Below, piece after piece: positions 1 through 9,166 of a stretch of DNA of 64,000 bases. The notes beneath the pieces were generated by a model. That model saw only the letters and a program-made list of their open reading frames with translations. It did not search any database and was not told where the DNA came from. Numbering within the stretch: position 1 is the first letter of the stretch; each line of letters begins with the position of its first letter. The translations under genes and the position numbers were made by a program. Source of the DNA: a candidate division WOR-3 bacterium (GTDB lineage: Bacteria > Hydrothermota > Tepidihabitantia > B3-TA06); assembly GCA_965649265.1 (NCBI GenBank), contig CBFGKC010000009.1:32001-96000 (forward strand), given 5' to 3'.

Positions 1-174
1 GGTACACCGATCACCGTGACTGAGGCTCAACCTTATGACAATTATGTTGGCTACTCCAAGGCAGCAGGGATGCTTGACGGCGCAATGGCCGAGGAGGCCC
101 CGGCACCTGCAATAGAGGCCGGTCAACTGAAATTATCCAGGACAGTCTACGTGACATACGAAATTTTGCCTTAA
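1..174 (+). CDS. SIMPL (DUF541) domain protein, 3' end only
   Basis: Frame 1 reads GTPITVTEAQP...PAIEAGQLKLSRTVYVTYEILP* and matches the C-terminus of the paralog at 1341..2057 (KPISISEAEP...SIEAGEFKVTHTVYITYEV). Confidence 0.85.
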   Translation, partial: GTPITVTEAQPYDNYVGYSKAAGMLDGAMAEEAPAPAIEAGQLKLSRTVYVTYEILP

Positions 175-199
175 AAAATTAACTTCTACCCTCCAGAGC

Positions 200-251
200 G
201 ACGGCGGGTGCGGCGAGCAAAGTTCTCCGTGTCCCGCCAGTCCTTTTTTTG
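200..251 (+). terminator. Probable intrinsic terminator
   Basis: GGCGGG...CCCGCC hairpin followed by a T run, just after the SIMPL stop codon. Confidence 0.55.
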
Positions 252-477
252 TGTCCAAAACCACCCGACTTTACGTGCGAAAAAGAGAAGCAACCAGTAA
301 AGCAAAGGCACGAGCAGAACGAACGCTAAGAATGCTAAATCTCGCAACTTAATAATCCCAATGCATGAATTATCGTCCGATTCCTGACGCGTGCAATTGA
401 AACCTGGGTGCAATTAAAACAAAGAGAACGCAAAAGAAAGACTTATATCAACTCTGATTGAACTTTGTTTTTAAATA

Positions 478-505
478 TTGACAAAATTTGCTTTTTATTT
501 AAACT
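478..505 (+). promoter_or_regulatory. sigma70-like promoter
   Basis: TTGACA-16 nt-TAAACT upstream of AGGAGG and the ATG at 546. Confidence 0.7.
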
Positions 506-545
506 ATGGATCTTAAACCGTTTCTTAACTATCTAGGAGGAAATA

Positions 546-926
546 ATGAACAAAAAAAATCTCATCTTAGTCGCTCTCTGTGTGCTCATTCTTGGCAGCA
601 CCACGGCACTAACGGCCTCGGACTGGGCAGGCACCTTCTGGGGTGATGCAACAGGAACATGGTCTGGAACACTCTTTGAAGACACTGACCCGCCTTACTT
701 CCGTGGAATCTGGGACGACGGCAACCAGCGTGGAGCGATGTACGGCGATGCCGAAGAAGTTCAAAACGGTGTTTTTGAAGTACACATCGGATACGCAGAA
801 AACAACTTGGGAACCCTCATCGGTTACTGGAACGGAACATTTAACACCAACACCGACACCGCTTCAGGTGACTGGGCAAAAGTAGACATGAGCGCCATCG
901 GCAGATGGGCCGGAACTATACAATAG
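546..926 (+). CDS. Small secreted hypothetical protein with repeated G-x-W-x-G motifs
   Basis: Strong RBS (AGGAGG), N-terminal signal peptide, its own promoter and terminator. Trp/Gly-rich motifs GTWSG, GIWDD, GYWNG, GDW, GRWAG. Confidence 0.8.
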   Translation: MNKKNLILVALCVLILGSTTALTASDWAGTFWGDATGTWSGTLFEDTDPPYFRGIWDDGNQRGAMYGDAEEVQNGVFEVHIGYAENNLGTLIGYWNGTFNTNTDTASGDWAKVDMSAIGRWAGTIQ

Positions 927-944
927 AACATTTCACCTTTAAAT

Positions 945-973
945 AAAAGAGGCGGTGCTTCCGCCTCTTTTTC
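945..973 (+). terminator. Intrinsic terminator
   Basis: AAAAGAGGCGG-tgctt-CCGCCTCTTTTT hairpin with a T tract. Confidence 0.85.
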
Positions 974-1022
974 TTTATCAAGCCAAATCCCTCAAAAAAC
1001 AAAGGATAAAGCAATAGAAGTG

Positions 1023-1050
1023 TTGACTTTAACGTCTAATCAAGTAAACT
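1023..1050 (+). promoter_or_regulatory. sigma70-like promoter of the rpmB operon
   Basis: TTGACT-16 nt-TAAACT. Confidence 0.7.
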
Positions 1051-1093
1051 TCATGTTCAAATAGTTAATGGAAATGATCCTTAAGGAGGATTA

Positions 1094-1282
1094 ATGTCAA
1101 GAGTTTGCGAAGTATGCGGCAAAGGTGCCCTGAGGGGAAATCAGATATCACACTCTCATAAACTTTCAAGCCGCCGTTTTGAAGTAAACCTGCAGAGCGT
1201 AAAAGTTCGCAAAGGTTCAAAAGTCGAAACCATACTGGTCTGCGCCAAATGCCTCAAAGCAGGCAAGGTTGAACGCGTCTAA
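1094..1282 (+). CDS. rpmB: 50S ribosomal protein L28 (Zn-binding C+ type)
   Basis: MSRVCEVCGK...GNQISHSH...RRFEVNLQ...VCAKCLKAGKV; AAGGAGG RBS. Confidence 0.97.
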   Translation: MSRVCEVCGKGALRGNQISHSHKLSSRRFEVNLQSVKVRKGSKVETILVCAKCLKAGKVERV

Positions 1283-1340
1283 GAGGGAACAACATGGGAG
1301 GAGAAATCGCCCGTAAACCCGGACTCGTAAGGAGGCCAAG

Positions 1341-2057
1341 ATGAAGAAGTTTTTTGCTTTAGCCCTTGGGATAGGTTTTTGCGTAACATCCCTTGCGGCT
1401 GCGGACGAGAATAAACCCACACGTACCATTGTCGTCACCGGTACGGCTGAGATAAGCGTCGCTCCTGACATATGCTATATGAGCTTTACCGTTGAAACAA
1501 AGGATAAGAGCGCCATCAAGGCTTACAACGAGAACAACGAGATTATGAACAAGGTTAACGCCGCCGTAAAAGCTCTCGGAATAGAAGCCAAGGATTTGAA
1601 CACGAGCGAGTTCTCAATAATACCCCAGTACTATTACGATGAGAAATCGAGCAAGAATTTGTTCGACGGTTATCTAGTCCACAATACATTGAACGTCAAA
1701 GTGCGCGAGTTGTCAAAAGTCGGCAAGATTCTTGATGCCGCCGTTAACTCGGGAGCGACGATGGTCCAGGGCGTCTCATTTACGGTCGAAAACCCCAAGA
1801 AATACAACGTCGAACTCCGCGAGCAGGCCATAAAGGCCGCCTATGCGAAAGCCTCACAGATGGCCACTCTTACAGGCTTAAAACTGGCTAAGCCCATTTC
1901 GATCTCCGAAGCCGAGCCTAATAATTACTACCAGTACTACGCCCAGGCTAACGTCATGTCCTCAATGTACCGTGACGGTGGCGAAAGTTCACCTTCGATA
2001 GAGGCGGGCGAATTCAAAGTAACCCATACCGTGTACATCACGTACGAAGTCGAGTAA
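1341..2057 (+). CDS. SIMPL (DUF541/BP26-like) periplasmic protein
   Basis: Signal peptide, then RTIVVTGTAEISVAPD, LDAAVNSGA and AIKAAYAKA motifs. Confidence 0.9.
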   Translation: MKKFFALALGIGFCVTSLAAADENKPTRTIVVTGTAEISVAPDICYMSFTVETKDKSAIKAYNENNEIMNKVNAAVKALGIEAKDLNTSEFSIIPQYYYDEKSSKNLFDGYLVHNTLNVKVRELSKVGKILDAAVNSGATMVQGVSFTVENPKKYNVELREQAIKAAYAKASQMATLTGLKLAKPISISEAEPNNYYQYYAQANVMSSMYRDGGESSPSIEAGEFKVTHTVYITYEVE

Positions 2058-3010
2058 TGCCGAAGGTACTGATAACCGGTATAACTGGCTTTGCCGGAAG
2101 CCACCTTGCAGAGTATTTGTCCGGAAAGGGTCTTGACGTTTGGGGAATCCTCAGGTGGAGGTCGCGCACCGAAAACATTGACGGGTTCAAGGAAAAGCTT
2201 CATCTGATCGAAGGTGACATTCGTGATTCCTCCTCGATGACCTCTGTGATTGAGGACGTAAAACCTGACTGGATATTCCACCTTGCCGCGCAGAGCTATG
2301 TCCCTATGTCGTGGAAAGCGGCTGAGGAGACTCTTTCCACGAACATCATGGGCGAACTGAATATTTTTGAAGCGGTGAGACGGGCAGGCATTGATCCAGT
2401 GATTCAGATTGCAGGTTCCAGCGAAGAGTACGGACTCGTTCTCCCGGAAGAACTGCCAATCAAGGAAACGAATCCCCTGCGCCCCCTCTCCCCCTACGGC
2501 GTCTCAAAGGTGACGCAGGACATGCTCGCCTACCAGTACTTCAAAAGCTACGGTTTGAAGACGGTCAGAACAAGGGCCTTCAATCATACGGGACCAAGAA
2601 GGGGTGAGGTCTTTGTCACTTCGAATTTCGCAAGCCAGATTGCGAGAATCGAAAAAGGCCAGAGGGAACCTGTGATAAAAACCGGAAACCTCGAAGCGGT
2701 TCGGGATTTCACCGACGTGAGAGACGTGGTCAAGGCCTACACTCTATCACTAGAGAAGGGAGAGCCCGGTGAAGTCTACAACATATGTTCAAACAAGGGC
2801 ATAAAGGTCCACGAGATGCTCGACATCCTCCTTTCTTTTTCTACCGTCAAGATTAAAGTAGAGCAAGACCCTTCCCGCATGAGACCTTCGGACGTGGAGC
2901 TTCTCCTGGGTGACGCATCAAAATTCTCAAAACAAACCGGGTGGAAGCCAGAAATACCGCTCGAGCAAACCCTAAAAGACCTGCTCGAATACTGGCGCGC
3001 AAGGGTGTAG
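2057..3010 (+). CDS. GDP-mannose 4,6-dehydratase / Rmd-like extended SDR
   Basis: GITGFAG Rossmann motif, HLAAQS, SSEEYG, YGVSK, FNHTGP, GNLEAVRDFTDVRDVV. Confidence 0.9.
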   Translation: MPKVLITGITGFAGSHLAEYLSGKGLDVWGILRWRSRTENIDGFKEKLHLIEGDIRDSSSMTSVIEDVKPDWIFHLAAQSYVPMSWKAAEETLSTNIMGELNIFEAVRRAGIDPVIQIAGSSEEYGLVLPEELPIKETNPLRPLSPYGVSKVTQDMLAYQYFKSYGLKTVRTRAFNHTGPRRGEVFVTSNFASQIARIEKGQREPVIKTGNLEAVRDFTDVRDVVKAYTLSLEKGEPGEVYNICSNKGIKVHEMLDILLSFSTVKIKVEQDPSRMRPSDVELLLGDASKFSKQTGWKPEIPLEQTLKDLLEYWRARV

Positions 3011-3033
3011 CAGATAAGGGCCCGTAACACATT

Positions 3034-3978
3034 GTGAGCATCATCCTCATAACCGGCGCATCCGGGTTTGTGGGAAAGCTCCTTGGTGAAGAAGAATCGG
3101 AGAGAGGGAATACCGTATTCGGCCTGCATCTTCCAGAGGAGACACCTGAATTGCCTTTCGAATCCCGCGGAATCGATTTACGTGACGGCGAAGGTATCAG
3201 AAATTTTGTTCAAGAGAAAAAACCCGAAAGAATTTATCATCTCGCCGCGCTTTCATCCGTAAGAGCATGCGAGGAACACCCGGTGGATTGTTTCGATTCA
3301 AACGTTACCGGCATCCTGAATCTTCTGGATTCCTTATCCGAATTACCGGTTAAACCGAGAGTACTCTTCACGTCCTCGTGCGAGGTTTACGGCAGTGTTC
3401 CTCCCTCCAGTCAACCTGTGGATGAAAACTACCCCCCCTCCCCCATCAACGTGTACGGGTTAAGCAAAGTTTTTGGAGAAAATATCTTCCATTTTTACTC
3501 AAAAAGGAACTCCTTACCCACCGTGATCAGCAGAGGCTTCAACCATACGGGGCCGGGTCAGGCGCAACACTTTGTATTCCCGCACGTGGCGAGAACCCTT
3601 GCACGCATTCAACTGGGAAAAGAGGAACCCGTGTTGAGTATGGGTAACCTTTCGGTAAGACGCGATTTCCTGGACGCAAGGGATGTGGTAAAAGCATACA
3701 TGACAATTATGGATAAATCCGAAGCCTGGAAGACCTACAATGTTACTTCGGCAAGATGCATATCGATCGGGGAAGGCGTCAACATGCTTGTTGAAATTTC
3801 AGGAATAAAGGTTAGAATAGTAACTGACGAGTCAAGGATGCGCTCTTACGATATACCGGAGCTTTCCGGCTCATCGGCTCTCCTTGAGAGTGAATTAGGC
3901 TGGCATGCCGAAAAAACGCTTGAAGAAACCTTCAAGGATATGCTCCTTTATTGGAGAAAAAAGGAAGGCGCATTATGA
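3034..3978 (+). CDS. GDP-4-keto-6-deoxy-mannose reductase (Rmd)-like SDR, paralog of the preceding gene
   Basis: GASGFVG, YGLSK, FNHTGPGQ, GNLSVRRDFLD; GTG start. Confidence 0.85.
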   Translation: MSIILITGASGFVGKLLGEEESERGNTVFGLHLPEETPELPFESRGIDLRDGEGIRNFVQEKKPERIYHLAALSSVRACEEHPVDCFDSNVTGILNLLDSLSELPVKPRVLFTSSCEVYGSVPPSSQPVDENYPPSPINVYGLSKVFGENIFHFYSKRNSLPTVISRGFNHTGPGQAQHFVFPHVARTLARIQLGKEEPVLSMGNLSVRRDFLDARDVVKAYMTIMDKSEAWKTYNVTSARCISIGEGVNMLVEISGIKVRIVTDESRMRSYDIPELSGSSALLESELGWHAEKTLEETFKDMLLYWRKKEGAL

Positions 3979-4922
3979 AGCTTTATGCTTTCGGAGTAAG
4001 GGGTAGCTTGCCGTCCCCCTCGACAAAGGATTTCAAGACCTCTGATTACGGCGGCAATACAACCTGCTACTATTTAGAGGTCGGTCCGTTCAGAATCATA
4101 TTCGACATGGGGTCAGGCGCAAGAGTCCTCGGCAACCATCTTGTCTCCCATGGAGTAATTGGAAAACCTTTCATTTTTCTCCTAACCCATTACCACTCCG
4201 ATCACACGCAGGGCATAGGATTTTTTGTACCTCTCTACATAAAATCGAACACATTTCACATCCACGGCTTCACGCCCGACGAACGAAGGGGCGCCGATCC
4301 ACTGCGCAACATAGTTCTCCAGTGTCTCGAGGAGCAGCAGTCAAGCCCCTACTTCCCGGTCCCTCACGTATCACTTCCCGCAACCAAGCACTATCACGCA
4401 CATGACAAGATGTTTTCAGAGGTTTTTTATTACGTTCATGAGAATGAATCCTACCGTTTTTTATCTGAAGGAGAATTCAAGGCCGCCTCGTTTGATTCGA
4501 AAGATACTGTCAAGATAACGACGATTCCTTTAAATCATCCCAATGGCTGCATAGGTTATAAAATAGATTACGAAGGAAAATCGACGGCCTTCTGTACGGA
4601 CACGGAACCATTTGCCTATGCGAACCAGAAGATAAACACCCTCGCCAAAGCCGTTGACATACTCATTCTGGACGGCCAATATGCAAAGGAACAACTCGCC
4701 GGGCCAACACAAGACTTCGGACACGGGACGCCCGAACTCTGCATAGAACAGGCCGCTACTACCGAAGCAAAGCTGCTTGTGATAACGCATTTTGATCCGG
4801 GGCAGGACGACGAAAAGCTATCCGCGATGGAAAAAGGCGCGAAGGATTATTTGAAATCCAGAAAATTCAAAAATCCCACAAGTGTCGAGTATGCCAGGGA
4901 AGGTCGTTGCTGGGAGCTCTAG
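3975..4922 (+). CDS. MBL-fold metallo-hydrolase (phosphodiesterase/RNase Z-like)
   Basis: GVRGSLPSP...YGGNTTC, THYHSDH (HxHxDH), NHPNG, TDTE, GHG, THFDP; ATGA overlap with the upstream stop. Confidence 0.9.
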   Translation: MKLYAFGVRGSLPSPSTKDFKTSDYGGNTTCYYLEVGPFRIIFDMGSGARVLGNHLVSHGVIGKPFIFLLTHYHSDHTQGIGFFVPLYIKSNTFHIHGFTPDERRGADPLRNIVLQCLEEQQSSPYFPVPHVSLPATKHYHAHDKMFSEVFYYVHENESYRFLSEGEFKAASFDSKDTVKITTIPLNHPNGCIGYKIDYEGKSTAFCTDTEPFAYANQKINTLAKAVDILILDGQYAKEQLAGPTQDFGHGTPELCIEQAATTEAKLLVITHFDPGQDDEKLSAMEKGAKDYLKSRKFKNPTSVEYAREGRCWEL

Positions 4923-4923
4923 T

Positions 4924-6039
4924 TTGAAAATTCTCGCCGTCAACTGGCAGGACTGGAAGGCTCCGCAGAAAGGTGGGGCGGAGTTCTATCTCAAAGAAAT
5001 CCTTGTACGGCTGGTAGGATACGGGCACAAGGTAACATTGCTTTGCTGTTCCTATCCAGGCGCAAAACACAGGGAAATAGTGGACGGGATCGAAGTGATA
5101 AGAACGGGTTCCCGCAACACGTTCAATTTTCACCTCTACGGCAGCCCCATAAGGAATTTCCTGAGATCTAATGATTTCGACGTAGTGCTCGATGACCTCA
5201 ACAAGATACCCTTCTACACCACTTTATGGGCAGGTTCGACGCCTGTGGTCGGTGTTGTAATGCACGTGTTCCGGCGCGAGATATTCAAGGAAACAAACTT
5301 CCTTGCAGGTAATTACGTCTACCGGTCGGAAAAGCTGATACCCCGGATTTACAGAAAAGGACTCTTCGGATGTCTTGGTGAATCGGGAAGGAAGGAATTA
5401 TCACAGATGGGTATGAACCCTGACCGGATACTCCCCCTGCTGGTCGGCGTCAATTCTACATTCAAACCGGGGATTGAGAAACGGGAAAGGCTCGTCGTTT
5501 CAGTGGGCCGACTGATGCGGTACAAATGTGTCGATCACATAATCTATGCAATTGCTTTATTGAGACAGCGGGGTATTGAGGCAAAATGCGAGATAGCCGG
5601 TGAAGGTCCCGATTACCCGCGACTCGATAAGCTGATCGAGACACTGGGGCTGAGGGAAAACGTAAAACTTCTGGGGTGGGTCTCACTTCCCGACGTAGCA
5701 AGGCTTTATCAACGCGCCAGCCTCGCCGTTCAGCCTTCAGCCAAGGAAGGCTGGGGATTCCTTGCGACCGATGCCGGGGCATGCGGGACGCCTGTAGTGG
5801 CGGCTCGAGTACCTGGTCTCGCGGATTCAGTAATAGACGGAAAGACAGGCTTTCTTTACAGACACGGAGATATTAAGGAGATGGCAGACTTTATGGGAAA
5901 ACTGCTCCAGGACGGAAACCTGAACAAGAAAATGGGAGAAGAAAACCGGCGATGGGCTTCAACACTCACTTGGGAAAAGGTAGCCAGGAGAGTGGAAGAC
6001 TTACTTCTCCAGGCTGTGAGAAAGGAAATTAATAAGTGA
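4924..6039 (+). CDS. Glycosyltransferase family 4
   Basis: NWQD...GGAE N-terminus, VGRL..YK, PSAKEGWG...GACGTPVV; probable TTG start at 4924. Confidence 0.9.
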   Translation: MKILAVNWQDWKAPQKGGAEFYLKEILVRLVGYGHKVTLLCCSYPGAKHREIVDGIEVIRTGSRNTFNFHLYGSPIRNFLRSNDFDVVLDDLNKIPFYTTLWAGSTPVVGVVMHVFRREIFKETNFLAGNYVYRSEKLIPRIYRKGLFGCLGESGRKELSQMGMNPDRILPLLVGVNSTFKPGIEKRERLVVSVGRLMRYKCVDHIIYAIALLRQRGIEAKCEIAGEGPDYPRLDKLIETLGLRENVKLLGWVSLPDVARLYQRASLAVQPSAKEGWGFLATDAGACGTPVVAARVPGLADSVIDGKTGFLYRHGDIKEMADFMGKLLQDGNLNKKMGEENRRWASTLTWEKVARRVEDLLLQAVRKEINK

Positions 6040-7016
6040 AAAAAAACACACGCGACATAATCTTCTTCTGGGCAAGAATCCTGATCGCCGTTACGTTCAT
6101 CGCTATAATAGTTTTGACCGTGGACTTGAAAAAGACCTGGGAAGACTTGAAGCACACCTCCCCCCTCTTCGTAGGTCTGGCAGTACTTGCGTACATGGCT
6201 TTTATTGCATGTCTCGCCCTGCGCTGGCTGATACTTTCAAAGGCGCGCAAACATCCGTATGGCTTTTTTTATCTTTACCGGAGTCTTGTCATTCACTTTC
6301 TATTCAACAACGTGCTCCCGACGACGATTGGCGGGGACGTCTACAGAATAATGGACACGGGCGGCCATGAAGGCAAGGGGGTTTCATTCTCGGTAGTCTG
6401 GACGGACAGGATGATTGGTTTTATAGGAGTATTCACCTTTGCTTTTCTTGCGAGTATTTTTTATTCGATCGTAAGCAAGAAATTCATCCTGCTCCTGATC
6501 TTTGGAGCCGCTTTCCTCTTTTCCGTTACACTTACCGCCGCCTTCCTTTCGAAAAGAATAAACGACTGGCTCTCAACCTGGCTGCCGAAATTCAAGATAT
6601 TCGGGTATCCACTTGGTGAAAAGGTTGCAGGGGCTTTTCGCTCAATAACCGACTACCGTAATCACAAGACCGCGCTTCTTGCCGCTGCCGCCGTCTCGTT
6701 AGGTGTCCAGATCAGCCTTGCTCTTGTCTGGTATCTGTTGTTCTTGTCGCTCGGCGGAAAGACCGATTTCGTAAACATAATGGTCACGATACCTGTGGTG
6801 AACACGCTCGCCATGTTCTCCGTCGGCGGCTGGGGTCTCCGCGAGCAAACCTTTGTCGAGATGCTTTCCACTTTCGCAGTATCCAGGACAACCGCTCTCG
6901 CAACCTCTATACTCTTTGACGCCGTAAACGTCTTTTTTGGAATCGTCGGCGGCATATTCCTTCTTTTCCGGAAGAAATCGATAAAGAAAAGCTCCGAGAA
7001 ACCTGCTAAGTCCTGA
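6036..7016 (+). CDS. Lysylphosphatidylglycerol synthase TM-domain (UPF0104, flippase-like) membrane protein
   Basis: RW motif, FNNVLPTTIGGDVYR, DR, SVGGWGLRE; multiple TM helices. Confidence 0.88.
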   Translation: MKKNTRDIIFFWARILIAVTFIAIIVLTVDLKKTWEDLKHTSPLFVGLAVLAYMAFIACLALRWLILSKARKHPYGFFYLYRSLVIHFLFNNVLPTTIGGDVYRIMDTGGHEGKGVSFSVVWTDRMIGFIGVFTFAFLASIFYSIVSKKFILLLIFGAAFLFSVTLTAAFLSKRINDWLSTWLPKFKIFGYPLGEKVAGAFRSITDYRNHKTALLAAAAVSLGVQISLALVWYLLFLSLGGKTDFVNIMVTIPVVNTLAMFSVGGWGLREQTFVEMLSTFAVSRTTALATSILFDAVNVFFGIVGGIFLLFRKKSIKKSSEKPAKS

Positions 7017-7061
7017 TTTACCTCTTTCTGATTTCTACTTAAGATAATTCAAATTGAGGAC

Positions 7062-7089
7062 TTGACACCAAAAAGTTCAAGCCTATAAT
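7062..7089 (+). promoter_or_regulatory. sigma70-like promoter of corA
   Basis: TTGACA-16 nt-TATAAT. Confidence 0.8.
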
Positions 7090-7169
7090 CTCGAATCTTT
7101 TAGGAATCATTTAGGGGAAATGGCGATGCCAATACAATCTAACCGGTTATTACCGAAAGGAACACGACA

Positions 7170-8084
7170 ATGTACAAAGGCTACTGCATTCAAGACGGCC
7201 GAATCGTCGAAAGCCGTGATGAAAAAAGCACTGTCGTGGTTTACACGAACCCTGACGAGCGCGAGAGAAGATATCTGATAGATGAGCTTAAGCTCGACGA
7301 ACACACGCTCGGGTCCGTGGCTGACCCGGACGAGCTGCCTCGTCTTGAGTTCGAACCCGAACACCTGGCCATCATATTTAAACGACCTAAAAGCTATCTC
7401 GGCAAGGATCAGTTCTTTTTCAAGGTTTCATCAACAGGTATATATTTATTTAAAGATCGGCTGGTCGTAGTAACATACGACGAGACGCCTATATTCGAAG
7501 GTAAACATTTCACAAAGGTAAATTCCATAAGCGAGATTGTTTTAAAAATCATCTACCGATCCATAGTTCATTTCGTCGAACACCTTAAGATAATAAACAC
7601 TCTCTCGGAGGAGCTTGAGGGAAAAATAAACGCCTCGATGGGTAACAAGTACCTCATCAATCTCTTTACCCTTGAGAAAAGTCTTGTTTACTATCTCAAC
7701 GCCATCAATGCAAACGGGGTCGTCATTGAAAAACTTCGCACCAACTCCTCTAAGATTGGGCTCAACCAGTTCGAAATGGAATTCCTCGAAGATATCATGA
7801 TTGAGAACAACCAGTGCTACAAACAAGCCGAGATATACGCAAACATTCTCGCAGGGCTCATGGACGCAAGGGTTTCGATCGTAAGCAACAATCTCAACAT
7901 AATAATGAAAACCCTGACCATCATAACCGTAGCCATAATGGTTCCCACTTTCGTCGTAAGCGCATTCTCCATGAACGTACCCTTGCCTATAAAAGCCGGG
8001 CCATACGCGTACTGGATAGTCATGGGAATGGCTCTCGTTTCCGTGGGAGGAGTATTCCTTCTATGGAAGTTGAAAAAGTGGTAA
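7170..8084 (+). CDS. corA: CorA-family Mg2+/divalent cation transporter
   Basis: DPDELPRLE, NNLNIIMKTLT, two C-terminal TM helices with SMN in place of GMN. Confidence 0.9.
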   Translation: MYKGYCIQDGRIVESRDEKSTVVVYTNPDERERRYLIDELKLDEHTLGSVADPDELPRLEFEPEHLAIIFKRPKSYLGKDQFFFKVSSTGIYLFKDRLVVVTYDETPIFEGKHFTKVNSISEIVLKIIYRSIVHFVEHLKIINTLSEELEGKINASMGNKYLINLFTLEKSLVYYLNAINANGVVIEKLRTNSSKIGLNQFEMEFLEDIMIENNQCYKQAEIYANILAGLMDARVSIVSNNLNIIMKTLTIITVAIMVPTFVVSAFSMNVPLPIKAGPYAYWIVMGMALVSVGGVFLLWKLKKW

Positions 8085-8272
8085 TACTCAATCTACAGAC
8101 ACTTGTCAATCGTTAATAGCTAACTTCAACACCTGCAACGATTGGCGGAGCTTTAGATTTGAACGTCCAAAGTCACCATGATTTTTTCTACACGGTCGCC
8201 GCAGACTCCGGCAAGGTCCCAATTTGATGAATGAACACGCTCCTTTGCCGTAACTTTGAACAGGGAGAAGAA

Positions 8273-9166
8273 CTACTCAGGCAAATAGGCCTCGGGCGGC
8301 TTTGTCGCGCGGCGCACGAACCCCTCGTCCTTACGCCACTCCTTAGCTACCTTGATGTGAAGCTCAAGGTATACAGGTCTTGACGAGAGCGCTTCGATTT
8401 TCTGCCTTGCTTTTGTTCCAAGCCTTTTTATAGCCTCTCCCCCCTTGCCGAGAATGATTGGCCTTTGCGATTCGCGTTCCACGTAAAGGACCGCACGGAT
8501 GAAATCCTTTCTGCCCTCCTGCTCCCTGTACTCCTCGATTTCAACAAAAACAGCATAAGGAATCTCCTCCCCGTAAAGCTCGAAGAGAGATTCACGCACC
8601 GCCTCGGCGGCAAAGAAGCGCATCGGATAAGTTGTTGGTATCTCTTGAGGGAAGTACGGCTCGCCCTCAGGGGAAAGCGCAAAAAGGGTTTTCAGGAGTT
8701 CGGGAAGACCCTCCCCCTTCAATGCGGAAATGGGGTGAATATCCGAAAGACCAAGCTGGCGATAGCGGTCGATGAGGGGAAGAAGCTCCAGCTTGTCTTT
8801 GACCGTGTCGACCTTGTTAATCGCGAGGGCCACCATTTTCTTTATTGACCGGACGAAAATGGAAAACTCCTCGCCCGGTTCATAACCGGCTTCGACCATG
8901 ACGAGAATAATGTCCGCGTCCTCGAGGGCCGAATCTATTTGAGTGCGCATGAATTCGTAAATCGCTCCACTGCGCTGAACGAGCCCTGGGGTGTCCAGAA
9001 ATACAAGCTGACCCTCGGGAGTAGAAAGAATCCCCAGGATGTTCTGGGCGGTAGTCTGTGGTTTTGGTGATACCGCGGACAGCTTCATTCCGAGGTACGA
9101 GTTAAGAAGCGTTGATTTGCCTACGTTCGGCGGACCGACAATCGCGACATAAGCGGATTTATTCAA
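8273..9166 (-). CDS. era: GTPase Era
   Basis: GPPNVGKST, KPQTT, DTPG, NKVD, ISAL, EEIPY, KH domain (IILGKGG). Confidence 0.96.
   Translation of the reverse strand: MNKSAYVAIVGPPNVGKSTLLNSYLGMKLSAVSPKPQTTAQNILGILSTPEGQLVFLDTPGLVQRSGAIYEFMRTQIDSALEDADIILVMVEAGYEPGEEFSIFVRSIKKMVALAINKVDTVKDKLELLPLIDRYRQLGLSDIHPISALKGEGLPELLKTLFALSPEGEPYFPQEIPTTYPMRFFAAEAVRESLFELYGEEIPYAVFVEIEEYREQEGRKDFIRAVLYVERESQRPIILGKGGEAIKRLGTKARQKIEALSSRPVYLELHIKVAKEWRKDEGFVRRATKPPEAYLPE

Noticed and set aside
186-413. 75-aa minus-strand ORF
   Set aside because: No RBS, overlaps a terminator hairpin, no recognisable motif.
7090-7278. Mg/Mn riboswitch or leader peptide (ORF 7120..7278) upstream of corA
   Set aside because: The leader is only about 75 nt and lacks M-box, yybP-ykoY or fluoride consensus features; the overlapping ORF has no supporting signal.
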